Shown here in pieces: positions 45,122 through 53,233 of a DNA stretch of 64,000 bases; within the stretch, counting starts at the first letter, position 1; each line of letters begins with the position of its first letter. The DNA comes from Candidatus Spongiisociaceae bacterium (GTDB taxonomy: Bacteria > Actinomycetota > Acidimicrobiia > Spongiisociales > Spongiisociaceae). Below the pieces are notes generated by a model, which was not told the DNA's origin, did no database searches, and worked only from the letters and a program-made list of their open reading frames with translations. A program made the translations under genes and the position numbers. Location of the stretch: the NCBI GenBank assembly GCA_965219685.1, contig CBDCOH010000002.1, forward strand, positions 2,432,001 through 2,496,000, read 5' to 3'.

Positions 45122-46735
45122 TCACCCCATCAACCGGTCCGAGTACCGCTCACGGATCACCTTCTTGTCGAACTTGCCGGTGCCGGTCTTCGGAACCTCG
45201 TCGACGAACAGATACTCGTCGGGCAGCCACCAGCGGGCGACCTTGCCGGTCAGGTGCTCCGCCAACTCCTCCCCCGACAGCTGCCGCCCTGGAAGCGGCA
45301 CCACCAGCGCAAGCGGTCGCTCCTGCCACTTGGGGTGCGGCACGCCGACCACCGCAGCCTCAGCGACACCGGGATGCCCCATGATGATGTTCTCTACGTC
45401 TATTGACGATATCCACTCCCCGCCGGACTTGATCACATCCTTGGAACGGTCCGTGATCCGGATGTAGCCCTCCGGCGTGATCTTGCACACATCCCCGGTG
45501 CGCAGCCAGCCATCCACCATCGTCTCGCTGGTGCGGGGATCCCGGATGTACTCCGCAGCTGTCCACGGTCCCTGGATGAGCAGTTCCCCGAAGGCCTCAC
45601 CGTCCTGGGGCAGCTCGTTGCCCTCGTCGTCGACGATCTTGACACGCTGGCCGGGGATCGGCAGACCGGCGGTCTCGAGGAAGTCGAGTTGCCGTTCCCA
45701 GTCCCAGGATTCCATCTCGGGTCCGAGGTTGGCGATCGATGCGACAGGATTGGTCTCCGTCATCCCCCAACCCTGGACGACCTTGATACCGCGGCTCCGC
45801 CAGTACCAGTCGATCATTGCCCGAGGAACCGCCGAGCCGCCGCACACGAAGGAACGCACCGAGGAGGTATCGCGGTACGGGTTGGCCTCCAGGTAGTTCT
45901 GCATGCCCAGCCAGACGGTGGGGACCCCGGCCGAGAAGGTCACCCGTTCGGCTTCGATGAGGCCCGCGAGCGCGGGAGCGGAGAGATCGTGACCCGGGTA
46001 GGTGAGCTTGGCGCCCGCCGCGGTCGCCATGAAGGGATAGCCCCAAGCGGCGGCATGGAACATCGGCACCACCGGCATGACGTTGTCCGCCGCGGAGAGT
46101 GGCGTGAAGGCCATATTCGAAATGGTGTGCAGGTACGTGGAGCGCTGCGTGTAGGCCACTCCCTTGGGATTCCCGGTCGTGCCGGAGGTGTAGCAGTACA
46201 TGTGGGGCGACCCTTCGTCCAGCAGCGGCCAGTCGCCGACCGGCTCGGCATCGCAAATGAGGTCCTCGTAACGGATGGCTCCCGGGAGCGAGGTATCGGC
46301 GGGGTCACCGCCCAGCAGGATCCAGTTCGTCACGTTGGGCAGGCTGGGAGCCAACGGCTCAACCAACCCGACGAGGCTTCCCTCCACGAAGACCGCCCTG
46401 TCGCGTCCATGCTCGATGATGTAGTGGATCTGTTCGGGGAAGAGCCGGATGTTCACCGTGTGGCAGATACGCCCGGAGTTGGCGGTCGCCCAGTAGATCT
46501 CGTGGTGAAGGTGGGTATTCCATGCGAGGGTACCCACCGGGTCGCCGGAGTCGATCCCGAGGGCGTCCAGGGCCGCCGCCAGTTTGCGGACCCTGGCATC
46601 CGTCTCCCCGTAGGTGGTCCGGTGGAGTTGGCCATCGGGCCCGACCGACACGATCTCCCGGTGCGGATGGATCCGGACCGCCCGCTCGTACAACGTCGAC
46701 AGGAGGAGCGGGTAGTCCAGCATGTGCGGCGGCAT
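45122..46735 (-). CDS. Fatty-acid--CoA ligase (AlkK/DmdB-like)
   Basis: YTSGTTGNPKGV, VPMFHAAAWG, QGWGMTET, GWLRTGD, KSGGEWISS, PKTGTGK; GGAGGAG precedes ATG 46735. Confidence 0.92.
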   Translation of the reverse strand: MPPHMLDYPLLLSTLYERAVRIHPHREIVSVGPDGQLHRTTYGETDARVRKLAAALDALGIDSGDPVGTLAWNTHLHHEIYWATANSGRICHTVNIRLFPEQIHYIIEHGRDRAVFVEGSLVGLVEPLAPSLPNVTNWILLGGDPADTSLPGAIRYEDLICDAEPVGDWPLLDEGSPHMYCYTSGTTGNPKGVAYTQRSTYLHTISNMAFTPLSAADNVMPVVPMFHAAAWGYPFMATAAGAKLTYPGHDLSAPALAGLIEAERVTFSAGVPTVWLGMQNYLEANPYRDTSSVRSFVCGGSAVPRAMIDWYWRSRGIKVVQGWGMTETNPVASIANLGPEMESWDWERQLDFLETAGLPIPGQRVKIVDDEGNELPQDGEAFGELLIQGPWTAAEYIRDPRTSETMVDGWLRTGDVCKITPEGYIRITDRSKDVIKSGGEWISSIDVENIIMGHPGVAEAAVVGVPHPKWQERPLALVVPLPGRQLSGEELAEHLTGKVARWWLPDEYLFVDEVPKTGTGKFDKKVIRERYSDRLMG

Positions 46736-46863
46736 GAACTCCTCCACAGGTCCCGGGTGGGCCGGCCGACCGTTGCTGCAACGTTTCCGACGGCGCCGCC
46801 CCACCGCCCCGAGATGGTAGCCGCAGCCGGACCCCGCCTCCCGGCGGTTAGTCTGCGGGCATC

Positions 46864-48462
46864 ATGCGCCCCGTATACAGGACCGAGTTGACCCCCCTGT
46901 CCTTCCTCGAGCGCTCCTCGCTCGTGTACCCGGACAAGACGGCGATGGTGGACGGTGACCGGCGGATCACCTACCGGGAGATGGCCGATCAGGCTACCCG
47001 CCTGGCCAACGCCCTGGCAGCCTCCGGGATCGGACCGGGCGACCGGGTGGCCTTCCTCTGCCCGAACATCCCCGAGATGCTGCTGGCCCACTTCGCAGTC
47101 CCGCTGATCGGGGCAGTTCTCGTGGCGGTCAACACCCGCCTGTCCCCCCTGGAGGTCCGCTACATCCTCAGACATTCGGGATGCAAGATGCTGGTCGGGG
47201 AGACGGAGTTGCTGGCGCCCCTCGCCGGGGTGATAGACGATCTCCCGGAACTCCGCGAAGTGGTCTCGGTCGACCGCTCGGGGGCCGGGACCGGATACCC
47301 GACCACGCCGTACCGGCATTTCCTGGCCCGAGGGTCGGATCGTCAACTCCCGTGGACTGTGGACGATGAGGAGCGCACCATCTCGATCAACTACACGTCG
47401 GGAACCACCGGGCGGCCGAAAGGGGTCATGTACACGCACCGCGGGGCCTACCTGAACGCTCTCGGGGAGATCATCCACTCCCGACACTCACCGCGTTCCG
47501 TCTACCTGTGGACGCTTCCCATGTTCCACTGCAACGGCTGGTGCACCACCTGGGGCGTCACGGCGATCGGCGGGACCCACGTATGCCTGCCGCTCATCGA
47601 CCCGGCCGCCATATGGTCGCTCATCGACTCGCAGGGAGTCACCCACTTCAACGCGGCGCCGACCGTACTGATCAGCCTGGTGAACGCGCCCGAAGCGCAC
47701 CCCTTCCCCCGACCGGTGACCATCACCACCGGCGGAGCGCCGCCCAGCCCCACCCTGGTCGAGGCCTTGGAGGAACTCGGGGCGGAGATCGTCCACCTGT
47801 ACGGGCTGACGGAGACCTACGGACCCCACACCGTCTGCGAACTCCAGCCCGGTGTCGAGGACATGCCGGTCACGGAAAGAGCCGCCTTCATGGCTCGCCA
47901 GGGTGTGTCCTACATCATCGCCGACCCCATACGCGTGGTCGATGATGAGATGCAGAACGTCGCGACGGACGCGACCGCCATGGGCGAGGTGGTCATGAGG
48001 GGCAACAACGTGATGAAGGGCTACTTCGAGAGTCCGGAAGCCACCGGCGAGGCCTTCCGGGGCGGTTTCTTCCACTCCGGCGACATCGCCGTATGGCACC
48101 CCGACGGCTACATAGACCTCCGGGACCGCTCGAAGGACATCATCATCTCGGGTGGCGAGAACATATCCACGATCGAAGTCGAGAGGGCGATCGCCAACCA
48201 CCCGGCGGTCCTCGAGTGCGCGGTGGTGGCGGTCCCGCACGAGCGCTGGGGAGAACGTCCCAAGGCCTTCGTGGTCCTCAAGTCCGGCCAGAGCGCAGGG
48301 CCAGGGGAGATCATCGAACATGTGAGAGGGCGCCTGGCCCGCTTCAAGGCGCCGGACTCGGTGGAACTGGTCGAGGCGCTTCCCAAGACCTCGACCGGGA
48401 AGATCCAGAAATTCGTCCTCCGGGACAAGGAGTGGGAGGGCTGGAACCGCCGGATCAACTGA
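46864..48462 (+). CDS. Acyl-CoA synthetase (AMP-binding family)
   Basis: LTPLSFLERS, YTSGTTGRPKGV, LPMFHCNGW, YGLTETYG, ISGGENIS, PKTSTGKIQK. Confidence 0.93.
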   Translation: MRPVYRTELTPLSFLERSSLVYPDKTAMVDGDRRITYREMADQATRLANALAASGIGPGDRVAFLCPNIPEMLLAHFAVPLIGAVLVAVNTRLSPLEVRYILRHSGCKMLVGETELLAPLAGVIDDLPELREVVSVDRSGAGTGYPTTPYRHFLARGSDRQLPWTVDDEERTISINYTSGTTGRPKGVMYTHRGAYLNALGEIIHSRHSPRSVYLWTLPMFHCNGWCTTWGVTAIGGTHVCLPLIDPAAIWSLIDSQGVTHFNAAPTVLISLVNAPEAHPFPRPVTITTGGAPPSPTLVEALEELGAEIVHLYGLTETYGPHTVCELQPGVEDMPVTERAAFMARQGVSYIIADPIRVVDDEMQNVATDATAMGEVVMRGNNVMKGYFESPEATGEAFRGGFFHSGDIAVWHPDGYIDLRDRSKDIIISGGENISTIEVERAIANHPAVLECAVVAVPHERWGERPKAFVVLKSGQSAGPGEIIEHVRGRLARFKAPDSVELVEALPKTSTGKIQKFVLRDKEWEGWNRRIN

Positions 48463-48576
48463 GTCGGCACGGGCCCTTGGCGCTGATCCCCCCTCAGCAC
48501 CCATCCGATCCACAATCGCAACGGGCGCTCCCCGCCGTTGTTCCTATCTTGGCGATGCACGCCGTGGATAGCGATC

Positions 48577-48641
48577 GGGCGGAAAACGACAAACCCCGAG
48601 TGAGCCTCTCAGCCCTCTCGGGGTTGCCGTTCGTCTCGCCC
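48577..48641 (-). terminator. Intrinsic terminator hairpin (possibly bidirectional)
   Basis: Minus strand: AACGGCAACCCCGAG...CTCGGGGTTTGTCGTT, ending in a short T-tract. Confidence 0.65.
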
Positions 48642-49008
48642 GCACCGCTGCCTGAGCACCGGTCCGGCCAAGCCGTCGGAAGCACAGCCCTGAAGCTCGC
48701 TCCCTCCGCCACTCGTCGGCCTGTGGCAGCGCTACCACCTGCTTCCGGGTTGCGGTCTCCGTCGGGAACCGGAGTCCCCGCCGGAAGTGCGTTCCCCTCC
48801 TGGATGCATCGCTGCAACCGCTCAGGTCCCGCCGGGTCCTTCTCGTTCGGCGACCGGAGCCGCTTCCTGATCCGAGCCCTTGCACCCCGCCGAGAGACAT
48901 CGCTGCCGCTCCGCAGAGCGGACCTTTCCTGACTCAACGGCCCGGGTACCGGAGCACCCGTACCACTGATCCTGGTCCGGTCGCCGGTCGGGTTTCCCCT
49001 ACCGGTAT
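48580..49008 (-). ncRNA. Candidate ~430-nt structured non-coding RNA (possibly Ms1/6S-like)
   Basis: Bounded by a promoter and a terminator; no credible ORF; several stable hairpins with GAAA and UCCG loops; 5'/3' complementarity. Confidence 0.6.
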
Positions 49009-49014
49009 GTAGGA

Positions 49015-49043
49015 AAAGTACGCCCTTCGGGGACGGATAGCAA
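49015..49043 (-). promoter_or_regulatory. Sigma70-type promoter TTGCTA-N17-TACTTT
   Basis: Plus-strand tagcaa (49038-49043) and aaagta (49015-49020) are exactly 17 nt apart; an AT-rich tract lies upstream. Confidence 0.7.
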
Positions 49044-49164
49044 GGCTAGGGACCCCAAATATTTCGCGGCTCACCGATTCTTTTCGCGATTGTGGAACGT
49101 CGGCCCGATGCGACAGTTCGCGGAACCCGTCTTTCGGGATAAGCCGCAAGGGAGCACTGGCTTC

Positions 49165-49186
49165 TGTCACGAGTGACCCGTATAGT
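49165..49186 (+). promoter_or_regulatory. PafBC/RecA-NDp-like DNA-damage promoter TGTCAC-N10-TATAGT (leaderless)
   Basis: Same geometry as the mycobacterial TGTCGG-N10-TANNNT motif; ATG follows 7 nt after the -10. Confidence 0.65.
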
Positions 49187-49193
49187 TACAGCC

Positions 49194-50042
49194 ATGTCAT
49201 TAGCCACCAGGACCGATCAGTTACTCGACCGAACTCGAGCGGAGGCCTGCGGCCACGCCGTTGGCGAGACTACCCCTGAACCGAGACCCTCGACACTCGA
49301 GACCCTGTCACCGAGCCGTGCCGCCGATTTCAAGCAATGCCCGCGACTGTTCCGCTTCCGCAGCATCGACCGCATTCCGGAGACCCCGTCCACGTACCAG
49401 GCGCGGGGAACCGCGGCGCATCTGGCTCTCGAGCGATTGTTCGACCTTCCAGCAGCGCAACGTACCGCCGGCCGCCTGTTCGACCTGTTTCGAGAAGCCT
49501 GGACGAGCCTTCGCACGGAGACCGAGTACTCGGGACTGTTCGCGACCCTGGAGGAGGAGCGGGCCTGGGGTATCGAGAGCCTGGGGGTGATCGCCAACTA
49601 CCTGACCCTCGAGGACCCGGTATCGATCAGCCCGCTGGACAGCGAACTCGAGATGTCGGAAGAGGTCGGCGACATAATCATCCGCGGGATCCTCGACCGC
49701 CTAGACGAGCGGCCGGACGGCCACCTCGTGATAACCGACTACAAGACCGGCTCCGCTCCCCCCGAACGCTACGCTCTGACGGCTTTCTTCGCTCTCAAGA
49801 TCTACGCCTTGCTGGTCAGGAGCCGGTTCGGAAGGACGCCGGCGGAGATCCGCCTCATGTACCTCGGCAACTCCACGGTCTACTCGATCCCGGTCAGCGA
49901 CCGGATGCTGGACGGTATGGAACGGCAAATCCTGGCTCTGGCCACAGCGATCAGGCGCGCCATCTCCCGGTACGACTTCCCCCCCAGACCATCGGTCCTG
50001 TGCGGTTGGTGCTCGTTCCAGGACATCTGCCCGGCGTGGTGA
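49194..50042 (+). CDS. RecB-family PD-(D/E)XK exonuclease with 4Fe-4S staple
   Basis: LSPSRAADFKQCP, GTAAH, RGILDRLD, DYKTG, CGWCSFQDICP. Confidence 0.88.
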   Translation: MSLATRTDQLLDRTRAEACGHAVGETTPEPRPSTLETLSPSRAADFKQCPRLFRFRSIDRIPETPSTYQARGTAAHLALERLFDLPAAQRTAGRLFDLFREAWTSLRTETEYSGLFATLEEERAWGIESLGVIANYLTLEDPVSISPLDSELEMSEEVGDIIIRGILDRLDERPDGHLVITDYKTGSAPPERYALTAFFALKIYALLVRSRFGRTPAEIRLMYLGNSTVYSIPVSDRMLDGMERQILALATAIRRAISRYDFPPRPSVLCGWCSFQDICPAW

Positions 50043-50067
50043 ATGGTGAGTGGTGAATAGTGAATGG
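50037..50067 (+). repeat. G/T-rich heptamer array (TGGTGAA-type) x4
   Basis: TGGTGAA TGGTGAG TGGTGAA TAGTGAA TGG; contains the nuclease stop codon. Confidence 0.85.
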
Positions 50068-50122
50068 AAAGGTATTCTAGCGTACTAAATCGTTACTATA
50101 AGATCTTATTAGGCGTCCACCA

Positions 50123-50159
50123 CACCAGCTCACCACTCACCACTCACCACTCACCAGCT
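50123..50159 (-). repeat. C/A-rich array CACCAGCT(CACCACT)3CACCAGCT
   Basis: Directly abuts the gdh stop codon; faces the 50037 array across an AT-rich spacer of ~55 bp. Confidence 0.85.
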
Positions 50160-51456
50160 AGGGGTATACGCCACGGACCAGCTTGGCGTCCGCCACCCGT
50201 TTGATGCCCTTCATAAGAGCCGCGGTTCGTAGGTCGACCTTGTGTCTGATGCTCACCTCGAGCACCTCTTCGAAAGCCCGGATCATGATCTCCCGCAGCC
50301 TGCTCACGATCTCGTTCTCGGACCAGAAGTAGTTCTGGAGGTCCTGGACCCACTCGAAGTAGGAGACCGTCACTCCGCCGGCGTTGCAGAGCACATCGGG
50401 CACCACCAGCACACCTTCGTCCTGCAGCGCCTGGTCTGCCTCCAGGGTGGTGGGGTTGTTGGCGCCTTCGAGGATCAGCTTCGCCCTGATCCCGCCCACG
50501 TTGGCGCCCGTGATGACGCTACCGACCGCCGCAGGGATGAGCACGTCGCATTCCAGAGCGAAGAGCTCATCGTGGGTGATGGGATCGGCGCCCGCAAACC
50601 CCGCCACGCCTCCGGTCCGGTCGACATGGCGGGCGAGACGGCCCACTTCCAGACCGTTGCCGTTGTGGATGGCGCCGCTCAGGTCTTCCACCGCGATCAC
50701 TCGGCAGCCCAACTCCGCCGCTGCGATCGCCGCGTAGCGGCCTACGTTCCCGAATCCCTGGATGACCACTCGCGCCCCATCGACCGAGACACCGCACCGG
50801 AGAGCCGCTGACGGGAGCAGGCTGATGATGCCCCGGCCGGTGGCCTCCCGGCGAGCCACCGAGCCGCCGAGCGCGGGGGGCTTCCCGGTCACGACCGCGG
50901 GGACCGCATATCCCTGGTTCTGGCTGTAGGTGTCCATGATCCATGCCATGACCTGCTCGTCGGTTCCCAGGTCGGGGGCCGGGATGTCTTTCTGGGGTCC
51001 GATCATGTCGATCACCTCGGCGGTGTAGCGCCTCGTGACCCGTTGCAGCTCCGTCCTCGACAACTCGTGGGGATTGATCCTCACCCCGCCCTTGGCGCCA
51101 CCGAACGGGAGCCCGACCAGCGCGCACTTCCATGTCATGAGCATTGCCAGCGCGGCCACCTCGCCAAGATTCACATCGGGCGCGTACCTGATCCCACCCT
51201 TGGTGGGTCCCATGGTGAGCACGTGCTGGACCCTGTATCCGAACGCGGTCCGAACCTTCGAGTACTCGTCGGTGCGGTAGGGAAAGGTAACGACCAGCGA
51301 CCGCTGCGGCCTGGAGAGCCTCTCCCGGACGTTGTCGTCGAGATTCATCAGCTCTGCGACCTTCTCGAACTGGGCGGCCGCCTCCCGATACATCGCGGAG
51401 TCCCACTCCATCTCGTCGGTGATCGCGGCGTCATGTCCGGGGCCGGCGAGCGTCAC
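50158..51456 (-). CDS. gdhA: Glu/Leu/Phe/Val dehydrogenase (glutamate dehydrogenase)
   Basis: GPTKGGIRY, PFGGAKGG, DIPAPD, VTGKP, QGFGNVG, EGANNP, NAGGVTVSYFEWVQ. Confidence 0.92.
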   Translation of the reverse strand: MTLAGPGHDAAITDEMEWDSAMYREAAAQFEKVAELMNLDDNVRERLSRPQRSLVVTFPYRTDEYSKVRTAFGYRVQHVLTMGPTKGGIRYAPDVNLGEVAALAMLMTWKCALVGLPFGGAKGGVRINPHELSRTELQRVTRRYTAEVIDMIGPQKDIPAPDLGTDEQVMAWIMDTYSQNQGYAVPAVVTGKPPALGGSVARREATGRGIISLLPSAALRCGVSVDGARVVIQGFGNVGRYAAIAAAELGCRVIAVEDLSGAIHNGNGLEVGRLARHVDRTGGVAGFAGADPITHDELFALECDVLIPAAVGSVITGANVGGIRAKLILEGANNPTTLEADQALQDEGVLVVPDVLCNAGGVTVSYFEWVQDLQNYFWSENEIVSRLREIMIRAFEEVLEVSIRHKVDLRTAALMKGIKRVADAKLVRGVYP

Positions 51457-52772
51457 CTGTCGGGCCCTCCCTCATCCGCCCGACCTGGACGCGCGCCCGG
51501 AGCCGCTGCCGTGACATCCGTCCGGACCCAACGCACCACGAACAATCCCGAGCGGGGCTTGGGGGTGAACCACGTCGACTTGGGCGGCATCAGGCGACCC
51601 GCGTCGGCAACCCCCATGACATCTTCGATCTGGGCGGGATGCATGCTGAAACCCACACCACCAGGATACGCCGCCACGGAACGTTCGAGGCGCTCGGGCG
51701 AGTCCCCGCCTACCACGTAGGACAGGCGTGGGTCCTCGTAGGAGGGCACGCCGAAGACCGGCCCCAGGACCCGCTGGTGGAGCAGGCTCACATCCAGGCT
51801 CTCGACGGGATCCTCGGAGCGTTCGCCCCGGAAGGACAGCCGGTACCACACACCATCCAGCAGCATCACCAGGTCGCCTCTGGTCCTCGGCAGGTATTCG
51901 AGCCCACCGGCAGGGCCGAGTTCGGTCGCTTCCCAGTCGGACCCCAGCGATCTGGTCACCTGCTCGGCCGAAGGGACCTGATCCAGTCTGACCATCCGGT
52001 TGTACTCGAGGGCGTTCAAGTGATCGGCCGGGAACAGTATCGCCAGGAACCATCCGGGACCCACACCCGGCATCGATGCGGCGGCCACCCGGTGGTGACC
52101 GTCTGTGATGTACATGGCGCCGATCCGCTCGGTGGCCTCCCGGATCTCGACGAGATCCTCGGGGCCGTCCACCACCCAGAGCCTCTGCCTCACCCCGTCG
52201 ATTCCCGTGAAGTCTCTGATGGGAAGCCTCAAGGCGAGGCGCTCCATGAGCCGCCGCTGGTCTCGGTCCGCCTGGTATGCCAGCGCGACCGGGCTGGAGG
52301 CCAGCCGCGCGGCCCGCGAGAATGCGGCGAGATCCGCGACACGATCGCCGATGGTTCCTTCGTGTCCGATCACCCTTCCCTCGGCTACGCACGAGACCGG
52401 CACCCCACCCACGATCCCCAACTGGCGGTGCCCACCGGCGTCGAGTTGATACAGCAGGAACCCCTTGGTCGGCAGGGTCTCGAACAACCCCCTCTCCATC
52501 ATCCCCGCGAAGTGATCGGCGGCTCTCATCGCTACCTCGGACCTGGACGGCGCGGGCTCGGGAAAGTCCCTCACTGAGAGGGTGATGTTCACGAAGGAGT
52601 CAGGACGCTCGGCCGCGAACCGGTACCGTCCGGCCGGTGGTATCGCATCGTATTGGGGCGCCACGATGTCGGATGCCCGGTCGGCCCGGGCTACCAAGGC
52701 TTCGATCGGGATGGCGGCTCTCATAGGCACTCCGCGGTGGTCGTCGATTGATGCCGTAAGGATGGCCGACAC
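51453..52772 (-). CDS. DUF1015 family protein
   Basis: APQYD, HEGT, YITDGHHR, MPPKSTWFTPKPRSGL; start may be at 52724. Confidence 0.82.
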   Translation of the reverse strand: MSAILTASIDDHRGVPMRAAIPIEALVARADRASDIVAPQYDAIPPAGRYRFAAERPDSFVNITLSVRDFPEPAPSRSEVAMRAADHFAGMMERGLFETLPTKGFLLYQLDAGGHRQLGIVGGVPVSCVAEGRVIGHEGTIGDRVADLAAFSRAARLASSPVALAYQADRDQRRLMERLALRLPIRDFTGIDGVRQRLWVVDGPEDLVEIREATERIGAMYITDGHHRVAAASMPGVGPGWFLAILFPADHLNALEYNRMVRLDQVPSAEQVTRSLGSDWEATELGPAGGLEYLPRTRGDLVMLLDGVWYRLSFRGERSEDPVESLDVSLLHQRVLGPVFGVPSYEDPRLSYVVGGDSPERLERSVAAYPGGVGFSMHPAQIEDVMGVADAGRLMPPKSTWFTPKPRSGLFVVRWVRTDVTAAAPGARPGRADEGGPDR

Positions 52773-52921
52773 GGCTCGACAGCTTCGGTTAGGGCAACAT
52801 TACCGCTTCCCGATGCCCTTCCCGGCTCAAGGCCGACCGGGACCGGTGCAGGGCTTCCCGATGCCCGCCGCTCGGCGTATCATCGCGCGTGGCCGGCCCG
52901 GCAGTGGTTACTCGGCGTCTG

Positions 52922-52943
52922 TGTCACACCCCGTTGATAACTT
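52922..52943 (+). promoter_or_regulatory. PafBC/RecA-NDp-like promoter TGTCAC-N10-TAACTT (leaderless)
   Basis: Same architecture as 49165-49186; ATG 52951 follows 7 nt after the -10. Confidence 0.65.
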
Positions 52944-52950
52944 CGGAACC

Positions 52951-53094
52951 ATGAAGAAAGAACCGAGAGAAGAACAGACCAACGAGGTCCAGATCTTCGC
53001 CGAGGCCGAGCGCACGCTGCTCACGGCGGGGATCGGGTTTACCGTGGTCGAGGGACCGACCCCCCAGCCCGCCGAGCCACCCCTCGCAGCCTGA
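52951..53094 (+). CDS. Small 47-aa protein ending in -LAA
   Basis: MKKEPREEQTNEVQIFAEAERTLLTAGIGFTVVEGPTPQPAEPPLAA; GC3-rich codons; leaderless promoter geometry. Confidence 0.6.
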   Translation: MKKEPREEQTNEVQIFAEAERTLLTAGIGFTVVEGPTPQPAEPPLAA

Positions 53095-53233
53095 CGTCCT
53101 GCAGGTGGAGCGGGAGTACCGGCACCGGTACGAACGGCCGGCGACCGGGCGGCGTCTGAACGGGACCGAGTAGTCCGGCTCGTATCGGCCTCGCCTGCGA
53201 AGGATGGCGATGCAACGCCGGGGAGGATAGGGA

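Noticed and set aside
48494-49170. ORFs 48494-48937, 48544-48900 and 48934-49170; RNase P, tmRNA or SRP identity for this region
   Set aside because: The ORFs lack motifs and an RBS. CAGGAAAGGTCC only loosely resembles the RNase P GAGGAAAGTCC and the 3' ACAGAA..CGGCTTA is absent; there are no tRNA-like ends and no SRP domain IV motif.
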